A stretch of 63,972 nt of DNA, filler included, from Basidioascus undulatus (lineage: Eukaryota), in the NCBI GenBank assembly GCA_000826855.1. It is 9 parts of 9 records of this genome, joined end to end, with 100 filler letters (N's around TTAATTAATTAA, not from the genome) between each part and the next. Parts side by side here need not be neighbours in the genome. Positions count along the whole stretch, not along the records: positions 1 to 25,703 come from JTLS01000207.1; 8 more parts are not named here. One strand, written 5' to 3'. Below the pieces are notes generated by a model. It was not told the origin of the DNA, made no database searches, and saw only the letters and a list, made by a program, of their open reading frames with translations. Below, one piece after another: positions 1 through 12,662 of the stretch. Made by a program: the position numbers and the translations under genes. Every line of letters begins with the position of its first letter. Position 1 is the stretch's first letter.

Positions 1-92
1 AGGTGGAGCTGGGGGGTTGGGAGGAAGGAGCGGGGGTGCGCCGTTCGCCGGCTGAAGACACAAGGCAGTCATGAGCCCGCCGAGTCGCATAC

Positions 93-760
93 AAGCGTGA
101 AGTGAGGGGCGTACTGCAGAAGAAGTGGAGCCAGTGGTTGAAGTTTCCGTAAGCGACGGAATCGCCGGTTTGCCCAACCATGCGTCAGGTAGAGCTGGGA
201 GCCGAGTCGATGAAAGCACTGACCGCAGCCTATTGAGTGAGCGGCGTCCAGTACGCGGCGGCCACTGCATCTCCAGAGCTGCGTATCTTAACATTAGTGA
301 ACGCTCAGTATCAGGAAGAAGCTGACAGATTCACGGCCAAGAGGCCGACCCGACCTGTGACAGCGGGCTGAAGTACAGGTAGATGTAGTTCTGCCGGGTA
401 ACGGGGCAGCCACCAGCTACCCATGCACAGTCACCGACAATACCAGCGTAGACCTGCATGGAATAGGATCTCCCGGAATTAAAAAGGATGGAGACAAGAG
501 AAGAAAGAAAAGCAGCTGCACACGTTGTAGTCGAGATTCTGGGCCTGGCGAGGGGTATCGCTCGACGGCGTGTTGCCTGCCTGGCACGCAAGAGAGGTGA
601 AGAGCGAGGCGGCCTGTCTAGATCGCGTGCTCTTTCAGCATCATGTACCGCTCCCGCTGGGATAGCGTATGCACTCACACCAGTACACGTCGCTGCCGCA
701 ACGCAAACTTTGTTCGTCCAGATATTGGCAGCTGCGAACTGCCAGATCCCAAGATGCGTC
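93..760 (-). pseudogene. Relic of an uncharacterised Cys/Trp-rich, probably extracellular, fungal domain protein
   Basis: Manual splicing gives NIWTNKVCVAAATCTG / ..AQNLDYN / VYAGIVGDCAWVAGGCPVTRQNYIYLYFSPLSQVGSASWP / SGDAVAAAYWTPLTQ*AA / TGDSVAYGNFNHWLHF. There is an in-frame TAG at 230-232 and an acceptor reading AA instead of AG at 170-171. The family resemblance to basidiomycete hypothetical proteins is from memory. Confidence 0.55.
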
Positions 761-2502
761 AGTCCCTCGCCCCTGCAATCCCCTTATCCGTGCCTTTTCT
801 ATCTAGAATATGATTCGTACCTGTCCTGCCACGTACGAGTCGGCGCAGTTTGCGACGAGCGCGTGCAGCTCGCATCAGCTGTCTGGACATACGCCGGGTT
901 CTTGCGAGTGGACAGCCTGGCGCGGCCAGGGTGCCGCTAGCGAGGAAGGCCAGGAGGAGCGAGGCGGGCTACCTCATGTCGAAGGGGGCATAGGTATGGG
1001 GTCTGGTCAAGCCGCAAGAGAAGAACAGCCTTTATGGGATGCGCCGTCGTCGAGGTGGACTGCTGCCTGCAGGCAATCAGGCCGATTGCTGCGCGCTTCG
1101 GAGACAAGGGGAAAACTGGAGACTGTACAACGTGCGCTAGAGGGTGTGTCTGCTGAACTACACCCGCTTCAGCGGCAGTAGTGCACATGTACTTGCAAGA
1201 GCATGCGGCTTTTGCCATCCAGCCCCGCAACTCCTCGTTTCACCCAGTCTTCTTCCATCTTCATCCAACTGGTATGCACTTTTGCCACTGTAGCCGAATA
1301 AGACCTTGCGTCGGCAATGAAGAAATAGCCCTGCAGCGCAGCGCTTCATATCGATCTGCCTACGCGTGCAAGGGGAAGGCACATACATGCCGTCTCCCAA
1401 GACGCTCAGACCAGAGACTGCAGGGGACCGCTTTTCCTTTCCCTACCTTCTCCGGCACCATTTTCTAGCGCCTGTCCGTAGCCCCTCAGAGTTCATACTT
1501 TGAACGATCCTAACGTCAGCGAACCGGTCGAGCTGAGATCGCGGACTCCCCAGCGGCTTTCACCCACACCACCATGTCCTCCTCACGCTCTATCGAGACC
1601 AGCCCATCCGAGCTGCCTTACGGCGGCTACCCTGTCATCCGCCTCGCCTTTTCCCGTCCTTCCACTAACGCTCTCTGGGATCGCCTCGTTTCCCATATCC
1701 GCTCCATCCCGCACGATCTCCCCGCGGTCCTCATCTCCGACCGTGGGCGAGGAATACGCGGAGGTCACGGCGGGAACGCGGGGGAAGGGGGACGTGTGGA
1801 AGATGGTTTTCTTGGCGGATGAGAGGACGTTTAGAGAGCTAGCGGAGGAAGGGAGGGAGGTCGAGAAGGTGAGCTTGGAGGTTGTGAACATTGGGGAGAG
1901 GGAGCCGGGTGAGATGCGAGATCCGCATAGGGATGCTTGGCGCACGCGTTCGTTCAATTAGCCTTTCTTCTGCTTTGAAGGAGAAGGCTTACGCTTTTTT
2001 CGCAGTTCGGATGCCCCTCAAGTTCATGGGAGACTTTGTTGGAAACGTCTCCTTGGTGCGTTGCTCCTTCAGGTCTTCACGGAGTCCGCTGAACCTCTGT
2101 CCGCAACAGGGGAACATGAACTTCCGCGTCTTCTGCGTGGTCGGCGATGATGGCGTTTTCGATGGGTTCGGTGACACGGACTCCCAAGATGAATGATGTG
2201 GATGAGCTTCTTTTCGACACTTAGGCGACATCGGGTGCGTGCTCTCGCAGTCCGGGTTCATCGTGCCGGCGTTTGTTAGGATGGCGAGAGATAAGACGAG
2301 GAGGAGGACTGAGCGAGACGGAATGAAAGACGACGCGCCACATCACGCACAAGTCCCACGCGGCGCACGGCCACCTCAGACAGTATCGTCTGGCTAGAAA
2401 CAAGGCGACTACGCACTCAGCCAGCACTGCGTAACCCAACACCTGCGTCAGCACGAACCGGCGCACGATTTGAGAAGGAAACGAGAACGCACAAGAGGAT
2501 GA

Positions 2503-3680
2503 ATGAACGACCGCCCCACCGCGGAGGACACGCTGCGGGAGACGGTGAAGGACATCGAGGCGCGCCGGGTACAAGCGCTGGGCGTGCTGGGGGGACGTTA
2601 CGGCGCCGGAGGAGGTGAACGAGAATGTCGGGCAGGTCGGGCGTGCAGGAGCTGGGGGGGGCTGGACGTCGCGGTGCGTAGTTACTTCTTGCAGGGATCT
2701 GCAGTATGCCTTTCAGGCGCTGGAGAAGAACTGACGCATTTTACTTTTAGATCGCGAACGCGGGGGTCGTTTTTGTGCGTGGTGTGAGATATTCTACCGT
2801 GGCCCTCCGGTGCTGAGAAATATGTCACAGATCAAATCCATACTTGACTACCCAGCCGACGAGTTCGACCGCGTGTGCGTCTCACACCTTACAGCCACCT
2901 TGTACTCAGGCTGCCTTGACTAGACCTGCTGCGGACGGGCAAACCGTCACAGGTTCAAAATCAACGTGCGCGGCGTGCTCAACACGTACCAGGCCGCGGT
3001 CCGGCACTTTATCCAGCAGGACAGGGGAGGGAAGCTGATCGGTACGTGTGCGCTTTCATATGGCGTACGCTGTCTGTTTGCTCACGAGGAGAACTGAAAC
3101 TGCGGCCAACAGCCGTCGGCTCGGGCGCGAGCTTTTGGGGCGAGGCGTACCTGCCTGCGTACTGTTCGAGGTACGCGACCAGTGTTTTCATGGGAGAGAT
3201 AGACGGAATCGACTTGGAACATGCAATGCGCACCGCAAGCATGCTGTGAAAGGCTTGAACGAGTCTGCGGCGCCCGAGCTGGCTAATTATGGGATCACGG
3301 GTGCGTCTAGGCCCTATCAACATTCTTTCCTTTGGGTATAATCAAATGCAAAGGAACCGCTTGGGCCGATGGAGCTGCCCTGCGCGGGCTCCTCCAGCCA
3401 ACTGCTACGCACCCAGCCTCGCGGAGACGCCCATGATGAGCGAAACCGCGAAGCGCGTGCAGGACGTCACTGCCGGTGAGAGCAAGAGCTCGCACCAGAT
3501 GGAGCAGGTGCGCTTCCAAACGCTTCAGATGCATACTTGGCCCAAAAGTACTGAGCTCTCCCGACGTGCACGCAGTTTGGCCCCGACGTGCTCCTCGGGC
3601 GCCTCGCGACGCCCACGGACGTCGCGAACCTCGTGTCGTTCTTGGCCTCTACTGACTCAGACTACATTACTGGGAAAGGC
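2503..3680 (+). pseudogene. Short-chain dehydrogenase/reductase (acetoin/diacetyl reductase-like), degenerate and 5'-truncated
   Basis: Pieces: VQELGGLDVA, INVRGVLNTYQAAVRHFIQQDRGGKLIG, AYCS(S)KHAVKGLNESAAPELANYGIT (YxxxK), [39 protein letters not shown]. Frameshifts lie around 2590-2650, one acceptor is damaged, and no TGxxxGIG motif was found upstream. Confidence 0.7.
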
Positions 3681-4421
3681 GAGAGAAGTTTCAATTGTGG
3701 AAGAGGCACAAAGGCAGGCATGGGAGCTGAAGGGTGGGGTGGCACTCGCCTGCAGCTATCCTTGTGGATGGGGGTTCAGATCGGTAGCTGAGGGTTTGAT
3801 GGCTCAAATGGTTGCGGACGGGATTTATTGTACTGGAAGAGGATTACATGCTTGCTTGAGGTCTGAAGTTGCTGGTGAGCACGAGGGAAGCTGTGACCTG
3901 TCCTGTCGAGTTTTGTTGTTGACGGGAAAAAGCTGTCTGCCTGCAGTCACCCCGTGGCCCGCTGAGGTGCAAGACCTTTAACCTGAGATAGACTGTTTTC
4001 TGATCCTCTCTTCTACCGAAGTACAGTACCTGCAACAAAAAACACCCGCTCTGTCCAACTTAGACGCACTGGCAAGCTTCCTTAAACACCCGCGGAGGCG
4101 CTCGATGCGACGACGTGTTTTCAGGCTTCTCGGCCATCGCAAATGGCGGTCCGACACGCCCCAACATGCTTTATTCTCTCGCCAGTCTCACGTATGCAGT
4201 TCTCGAATGTCAGTTTGAGAGGGGACGGCCTTGTTGTCCCAGTCCAAATAATTGCACGTGGCATGCTCATCAACGCGGCGGCGCGCGTGCCCTCTTCGTC
4301 TTGGTCCGCGCCCTACGTCTCGTCGTTGGTTGAGCATCCAGCGAACCCCAAACTGCCGTCCTCCGACCCCTGCATCTCCCATCGATCCATATAATTCACG
4401 ACTAGGCCTATACTCCCCACG

Positions 4422-7400
4422 ATGGTCAACACTCCTACCCGCCCACCGCCGTTCACGCCCAAGCGCGCACCCGCCGCAACAGCGACCGCATCAACATCAA
4501 CGACCAGCATGCCACCCTCAACGACCACGACATCCGCATCCACCCGCCGAGTATCAGGCATTCCTGCCCCGCTCCATCCATCAAACTCGCTCCTCCACCC
4601 GCCCGCATCCGCCTCCCGCGCCGCCCCCTCCCGCTCCGCATCGCCCCTCCCCGGAAACACCGAGAACCACGCGTTCAAGGTGCCTGCGCTCCCAAAGCAC
4701 GCCGCGGAGACGCCCATAGTCCTGCGCGCCAAAGTGAGCGAGGAGAGCAGGGTCCGCAGGAAGGGCGGGCTCGTCGGCGCGCAGAGGGCGGAGAGGCCAC
4801 CGCCGTTGGGAGCGCTCGGGGCGAGCAGGAGCCCCGCGGCGGCGGTGAGGACGGAGACGGTGCCGGTGCAGGAGGAGGCGTACGACTTCGGTGGGGACGC
4901 GCCGACGTGGGAGGAGGAGGACGAGCTCCCCAAGGCGACGGACGAGAACGTCCTCGTCTCCATCCGGTGCGTCTCCCCTTCCCTACCCGTGGCCACACCA
5001 TCTTTCCCCAACGCCCCGCTCACAACCCACCCCCCAGACTCCGCCCAACCAAGGACCTCCCCGCCTGGGCCGCCTCATCCTCGACCGTCCAGCTCGCCTC
5101 CTCTCACGCAACGCGCTCTACCCACTCCCAAGAATGGCGGTTCGATCAAGTCCTGAGTGAGGGCGGGAACGCCGATGTGTATCGCCAGGCGGCGAGGGGA
5201 CATGTCCGGTGCGCAGTCGTCCCTTTCATCCCATGACGTTAGGGCGAGCTGATCGATGGGATGGAGGAATCAGGAGCGCGATGGACGGGCTGAACGCTGT
5301 CATCTTCGCGTATGGCCAGACGGCCTCCGGAAAGACGCATACGCTTGTACGTGTCTTCCCCCCAATCCCCTATCATCACGCCTTCGCTGATTCACGAGTG
5401 CGCAGTCCGGAACGCCCAAAGAGCCGGGTGTCATTCCCCGCGCAGTGGACGACGTGTTCGAGTATATCAAGAAGGTGCGTGTGTCTTGGCCGTCTGTTTC
5501 ATTTCCGTTGTGATGATGCTCATGCTGTTGGACGACGCAGAACCCCTCGCGAGAGTTCTTGCTGCGGGTAGCTTACGTGCGTCTCCCTCCCCACCCGTTT
5601 CTTCCCTTCCTGGCGGGTGCTGACCCACCACCTGCTTTTGCACACCAACAGGTCGAGATCTAGTCAGTCCTCCTCCCATCCACCCTCCCTGTCTCCCGCT
5701 CACTCCCTTCCTCCCATGCAGCAACGAGCAGATCCATGACCTGCTCTCCCCAACGCCCACCACTCTCGAGCTCCGCACCGCGCTCGACCCGCGCACGCGC
5801 AAGCCGCTCGTCGTCCTCACGCCGCTGCACGAGGAGGTGTGCACGTCACCCGAGGCGGTGCGCGAGCTCCTCCGCCGCGGGACGGAGCGGAGGCACACGT
5901 CTGAGACGGACTGGAACGCCCGCAGCTCGCGGAGCCATGTCGTTTTCCAGCTGGTGCGTTGCGCTCGTGTCGGCTTCGAGGATGGGATGGGGGATGGGCA
6001 CTCATGTCTGACTGGTTGGTGGGTGGGTGCCACAGACGATTGAGAGCTGCGACCGCGGGAGAGGGCCAGAGCGCGTCAACTCCCCCGCGCCGTGTGCCGT
6101 CCCGCAGACGCAGGGCGGGATTCGCCTGCGCGGGAACGCGGTGCGGACGTCGACGCTGGTAAGTCCTTCTACCTCCGCACTCCCATCCTTCGCGACAGAC
6201 GCTCATCTGCAACGGTGGGGACGGCAGAGCCTGATCGACCTCGCCGGCTCGGAGAAGGCGACGAGCCAGGTCGAGCGCCGGCTCGAGGGTGCCAACATCA
6301 ACAAGAGCTTGTTGACGCTTGGCATGGTCATTCAGAAGCTGGTGGAGTCTGGCAGGAAGGGCGGGAAGAGGTGCGTGGGCTTCTTCAGTCGTGGACTGGC
6401 TAGGGAAGATGCGGGTCCTGAAACGATTTGGGGTACACAGCGGGCACGTCCCGTACCGCGACTCGAAGGTACGCTGTCTAGCATTTCGTTCCCAACGCCG
6501 TTAAGCTGACATATGCTGGACGGGTACCTCCAGCTCACACGCCTGCTCGAGCCCTCCCTCTCCGGCAACGCGCGCGTTAGCGTGATCTGCACGCTAAACC
6601 CGTCGCATTCGCAGATCGACGAGTCCGTCTCGACGCTGCAGTTCGCCTCGCGCGTGAAGAAGGTCGAGCTCCGCGCCGAGCGCGGCGAGGTTGTCGACGC
6701 CGGCGCGCTCCTCGAGGTGTACAAGCGCGAGATCGAGAACCTGCGCAGGGCGCTGCGGGAGAAGGAGGACGGCGGGGGCAAGGCTGATGAGGGCAAGGGG
6801 CCGGGGAGGGGGGGGAGGAAGAGGACGGAGGAGGAGGACGCGCTGGAGGGGCTGAGGGGTCGGATCGAGCAGCTTACGAAGCTTATTTTGCACTCGAGCT
6901 CGGTGGACGAGCAGGCGAACCAGGTGCGTGGCCGTGCCTTTACCTGTCCTGCCTCTGCTTTCTCCTGATGTCCCGTATTCCTATTCCCGCAGGTCAACGG
7001 CCGGCCCGTCTCGCCCTCGAAGGCACGCGCCTCCCTGCCCGTCTCCTACCTCCCCTCTGCGTTTCCTCCCCCAACTCCTACGCTCCCGCCCTCCGAAGAG
7101 CTGTTCCACCTGCGTCGCTCCAATGCCGACCTCCGCGCGCGGATCAGCGAGCTGGAAGCGGCCGTGCCGTCGCTCCCCGCGGACGCGCCCGAGTCGGACA
7201 AGGACCGGCGCATCCGCGAGCTCGAGATGGAGAACCGCGGGCTCAAGATCGTCGTTAAGGAGCTGGAGGAGATGAAGGTTGGCGAGGCGCTCAGGGAGAC
7301 GAGGGAGGACGTTGAGAGGGAGTGGAAGGCCGGCGTGGATGCGCTCAGGAGGGAGCTCGAGGATAAGAAGGCTTGGGCGCAGGAACTGCTTAAGGGGCTG

Positions 7401-7890
7401 GAGAAGGAGAAGCGGGTGTGTAACATAGTTCCAGGCCTCTCAACCGCATTGCTGCTGAAGGCTCACTTCATGTTCCGTTGCCTACCAGGTCAACCGCGAC
7501 CTCCAGCTCCTCGCACTGTCCAACATGAACCAGCTCCTGACCCCCTCCGCCCCGCGCACCTCCGCCTCCCGGACCGCCGCCGCGGCGCACTTCCCCACCT
7601 CCCCCACGCGCCGGCGCTCCTACTCCATCTCCTCGCCCGACGCGTCCCTGCCCTCCGCCCCGCGCGCCATGAGCCTCACCGCCGAGACGCCCGACCCGGC
7701 GACCTGGCGCCCGCGGCAGTCCGTCTGGGGCGCCGACGAAGACGACGCGCGAGCCGAGAGCGAGGCGTGGGACAGCCCGAGAAGGCCGGGGAGGAGGGAG
7801 AGCGCCGCGGGCGACTTGATGGGGTTCGATGATGTCGTTGAGGGGTGGATGGGCGCGGAGAAAGCGCGGATGCCGAAGGTTGAAGAGTGA
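4422..7890 (+). CDS. Kinesin-7 family motor (Kip2/KipA/CENP-E-like), multi-exon
   Basis: ENVLVSIR, IFAYGQTASGKTHT (P-loop), NARSSRSH (switch I), LIDLAGSEKA (switch II), [41 protein letters not shown]. It has a Pro/Ser-rich N-terminus, a coiled-coil tail and GT-AG introns. Confidence 0.9.
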
Positions 7891-8424
7891 GGGTTGGGGA
7901 AGTGGGTTTTGATTTCGTTGTTGGAGTGGACAGTTTCGTCGTTTCGTTGGCCCTGCTTGCTTTTCGCTTTCCTTTTCGTATTAGTTCCCGTATCGCAATC
8001 TTCAGTCCTTGCACGTACACGCGCATTCTGACTGGACGGCTTCGAGAGAGGCTCAAAGTGAGAGCGACAGTAGGAGCATCACGGCACTCCGGTTCACTGT
8101 TCTCAGTGCCAAGCAGCCTCAAGAACATGTTTAGAGGAAAGCAACACTGGCAGCTGTAGCAACAGGTGAAGCGTGTTGAAGGACTCGGTTCGCCACGACA
8201 AAGCTGAACCGCCCTGTCTCACTCTCTGAAAAGTATAGCGTTATGCAAGTCCCAGTCTGTATTTCAGCAGAGTGAGAATACTGTCTTATGACAAGACCTG
8301 TGAATCCTGTAGAGTGCGGAGATCCCAAAGTCTGCGCGTCTTCGCGTCTCGCGTCTTCGCTGGACTCTCTTGGGACGCTCTCGTCTTCCTTCTCTTCCTC
8401 CTTCGCCACCCACCCATAGCAGCC

Positions 8425-9326
8425 ATGCCTGTGCTGAGCCGACCGCCTCTACACTCTCTTCCTCCGAGATCGTCTTCCCGATGGAGCTCTGCATCAAATC
8501 ATCAAGCTCGTACACGCCAAGTACGTCACGAAGAAGTTCCCGTACGGCCGGCCGGCTCACAGAGATCTTCTCTCGCTGAGCGGCGTTTCGCGCGCGTTCG
8601 AAGCGCTCGTGAACCTCCTCGTCTTCGAGCACGTCCAGTTCTGGAGCTCGGAGGGTGCAGCCGGCGTCGCCTCCATCATCATTTCCCGCTCCGACGTGGC
8701 GGAGCTCGTACGGACCGTGATCGTGGGCCACTGCACCCGAGACGCCGCAGTCGCGCTCGTGTCGTGCCCTCGCCTCGAGCGCCTCGAGCTGTCGGTAGGC
8801 GAGGCGTTGTTCGACGTGGACACGGGCACCGCGAAGTTCTCATCTATTCCTTCTTCGCTCCTTCCAAGCACTCGCCGCATCCACCGCCGCGCACCATGGC
8901 TCTCAGCATCAGCGATCCGGATCCCTGATTCGAAGGCTTCGATGACTTCAGGCACATGTTCTACTGAACTATGCGCCAAGCGTGGGCCCCGGTCAAGGTC
9001 GCCCAGTTCCACGACAACTCGTACCTCCCGTTCGTCCCGCTGCTCATGCGGTCACGCCAAACTTGGAGGAGGAGGAGGAGGAGGAGGAATCCCGGCGCAC
9101 GTTCAAGCACGTCACAATTGGCTTGATCATGATATTTTTCGACTCGGACCAGCTGATGGGTATCATCAAGAACCCTTCGATCAAGTTGCTCGAGAGATCC
9201 GCTTCGCCGAGGGCGCGTTCGAGAAGGTCGATCTCCCCCAGCTCCTCGAGCACGAGCCGCCGAGCACCAGGCGCAAGGTACGCTTCGTACCGCTCCACAA
9301 CCGGAGAGCTATTAGTATTTGATTAG
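8425..9326 (+). pseudogene. F-box-like/LRR-type protein, degenerate
   Basis: HSLPP(E)IV..RDLLSLSGVSRAFEALVNLLVFEHVQF..VAELVRTVIV..SCPRLERLELSV, spread over several frames with stops. Confidence 0.5.
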
Positions 9327-10941
9327 AGGGACTACGTTTGGCACCCGGTTGGCTGCTAGGCCTATACATTGAGATGCTCTCTGCCGGATAGACAAGAAGT
9401 GCGCGTGGTTTCTGGAGTCCAAATGTCGACATTTTCTTAAATCAAAGTGCTTGACCCTATAATATACCGAACTTTCCTTTTTTCTTGGTATGAGGAGTCC
9501 TCAGAAGAGGAGTAGTGTATGCGAAACCGACGACCGGGTGCTGTTGATGTTGCTTGCGCTTCGCAGTTGTGGGAGTACAGTAGCTAGCCGCGGGAATTGG
9601 GTCGCCGTGAGCCATCCTGTGCAGCCATCCCGTGCAGCCTGTTCTTGAGTGGTAGCTCACGTCTAGCTGTAGAGAACAAGAGGTAAGACGAACATTTCGT
9701 GAGAGATTGAGAAAGGACTCTTCCCGGTTGCCAGTTCGTGCGAGAGGACGTTTCTGGCAGTACCCACCCCACCTTGACGCCTATTATTCCACTTCCACGG
9801 ACGAGCTCACCAACTGGGAGACTCCCTACCCAGGTCCTTCAATTGGGAAGTATCCAAAACCTGTTCGTCTGCCGCACCCTAACGGGAGACCAGGGGACGA
9901 CTGCACTTCACACGTCGCAGCCTGTGCTGCGACGTGCTGAACATCATCATTGATCTTCCCGTGACCCAGCCACCCGTGGAGGTCGTAAACGCCATTTAAA
10001 GCGTATTACATTTGCGCACACTCGGCGTCCTCAAATTGCAAAGCCGCCCTCGAAGTCACAGCGTGTGAGGCGGGCGGCTCCGGCACAAGAGCGGAAAATA
10101 TGGTCGATGTGAATTCGAATGGGATACACCTGTAACATTCGAGTATGTGTCCCGGACTGTGTTGTACCGAAGTGCACGTAGCAGCAGAAGGCGCCCGACG
10201 GTCTGTATAGATAGTTAGTCTTAAATGGAAGACGGCCGCCACATTGATAGCAAAGGAGCGAGTAGAACAGTGCACTGGACCGTCGTCATGCGTCTTCCGG
10301 CCAGCGTCGACAGTCGTGCATACGTCCTTGCTTTCAATGTCTTTGCGCTTCTCGGCCAGCGCATACAGGTACCGCGCATCAGATGACAAGGCCAACATAA
10401 TATTGACTTGTTGCTGGCTCACAATTCCAAAAGATAATATTGCTCGTGCGGTCCAGTATTGAGGCCATGCGGCTGGTTGACAGGACGGCTCGCTGATATT
10501 CGAGCTCGGCAAATTTGTGAGCGTTGCCGAGGTACATTAGCAACGTACTTATCAACGGTTATCATTCTCCTCACATTCCTATCCCAGGAAACCCCAAACA
10601 CCATACCCCGCTTTTGACGCATCGCAGGCCTTGAACACTATTTATCTGCCGGGCCGTCCAAGGTGCCGCTTCGATGCCGCTGCGGAGGGAACGGTGGTGC
10701 TGCAAGAACAACGTCCGCAAATGAACATGAACTGACACACACTCTCCGAAGCTGTACAGGCATCCGACATGCAGTTACCAGGCTTTCAAAGTCAATGACC
10801 TCCGCGCAGGATGTAACTCTCACGCAAGCCCGGTCATAAGCGTGTGAGACAGCTGCTCATGACCGGCATTCCAGAATCAATAGAGAAAGATACGCAATCA
10901 AGAAGACATTTCCGTGTCTCTACATTGCACACGGACACCGA

Positions 10942-12261
10942 TCAAATAGACTGCGACAGCCTGTCCATAATGCCCATGCAAAACTCGCCGTGCTTGTTGA
11001 GGAAAGGAGTCTGCTCGATGATCTCGGCGTCCTCCCCGCTGCACTCAATGCAGGCTCCTGAGAAAGGGGATCAGCACTCAGACTAAAGGCTTAAAGTAAA
11101 CCGACTTTGTTTCTCATCCGATAGGGATGGCTGGAGCGCCATCTCAAACGCCTGTATGACAGTGCTCATCGGGGTCGCGTGCTTCTCGAAGAACGACTTC
11201 CCCGTAGCCTCCACCATCGGTGGTCACTGTTATGATGAGCTAGCTTAATTAGGTTTCTTAGCAAGAGTACAGGTTATTTGTTCTTACTGACGATGTTGGG
11301 GCACACTGCGATACAAAGGATGTTGCGAGACGTCAGCAACAAAACTACGCAGAACTCAAGGGCAGCGGAGGCGCTCATCGGCGTTGACCGTGATGCCCTC
11401 TCCCACAGTTTCACGACCCAGGATCGGAAGAGACCTGCAAGTGCGTGCTTCGATGCCGAGTAGCAGGCGAAGGGCTTGTTTGCATAGAACGATCTTCACA
11501 GTGCGCTTCAGCTTAGTCCGACCGCGACACAACAGCAACGCTCGCGTAAGTCACTCACATCATCGAGGAAGTAATGATAACCTTTCCGCTCTTGGTGCCG
11601 TACTTCCTAAAATCTTGAAGAGCCAGCGACGTGCTGTAAAGAACACCAGTCAAGTTGACGTCGAGCAGGGAAAGGTCGGGCTTGATATAGTCGGAACCAT
11701 TGCCGGTGTCGAGAAAGGCATTCGGAGCTTCACCGACGCCGGCGTTCGCAAACACTGAAGTAATAGGAACAGTGAACAGGATTTAAATAGACAAATATCC
11801 TTTGGTACTCATCTTGATCGATGGAGCCGAACGCATCGCGAGCAGCGCTGAATAGTGCAACTGCTTCAAACGACGAAATGTCCATCTTCACGAAGATGGC
11901 ACAACTGCGTCTGAAGGTGAGCGAAATGGCAATGATCCACAAAGGTAAATCGGCTCACCCAGGAGTGGCCTTGTTGAACTCATTGACGATAGACTGGCCG
12001 GCGGCGACGTTACGACCCGCAATGACGACTCGATGTCTGTAACATGGTTATGCTCAGTCGGTGTTGTAAAATGAGATAGATGGGTTACCTTACTCCCTCT
12101 TTGCAAGGTGCCTGACAATGCGAATCCGATGCGGGAGGTACCTCCTGCATGCCAGAATACAGGCGATGTGAACGGCAGCAGGCAGATGCGATGCGCCTCA
12201 CCCAGCTCGCCACCCGCCCTCCCGACTTACCGGTGAGGATCAATACTGGGCCGATAAACAT
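10942..12261 (-). pseudogene. Short-chain dehydrogenase/reductase (15-hydroxyprostaglandin dehydrogenase-like), frameshifted
   Basis: MFIGPVLILTG/GTSRIG (damaged TGxxxGIG), HRVVIAGRN, VFANAGV, LDVNLTGVLYST, GKVIITSS, YSASKHALAGLFRS (YxxxK), then a 1-nt frameshift to GEGITVNA, and ..RLSQSI*. Confidence 0.75.
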
Positions 12262-12662
12262 GTCGAGTTGAGAATGAATAGAGAAGGGATGAGGGAGAAA
12301 GCGCAATGTCACTGCTGCACGGGGGTTCAAGTTCTCCGCTGGCGGGCTGGATCCTGCGTGGGTTCCCACTGCAGATATTTGCTGCCGCAGCTTCGCGCCC
12401 AGCAAGCGCACTACCATTTCTGCTGCATGAAAGCGCATCGCACGCTGATAAGGTCACTGGAAATGTGCAAAGCAGGTGTAAGTATCTTTCCAGCGGCAGC
12501 GACAGTCTGGTCGTTCATGAGACCCGCTGCAGCACTTCGCGCGCGTCGGGAGGCCAGCCCTTGCTTGCCAGTCGCTCGGAAAATCCACGCTAGCCAAGTC
12601 TATGTCCCTCTGCAGCAGTCTGGCCTCGTCTACAGATATAGAACCCACAACTCTAGAGTGTA

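Noticed and set aside
2503..12261. RIP as the cause of gene decay
   Set aside because: Lesions include many indels and transversions, and the regions are not strongly AT-rich or evidently repeated. It cannot be supported without a dinucleotide-index calculation.
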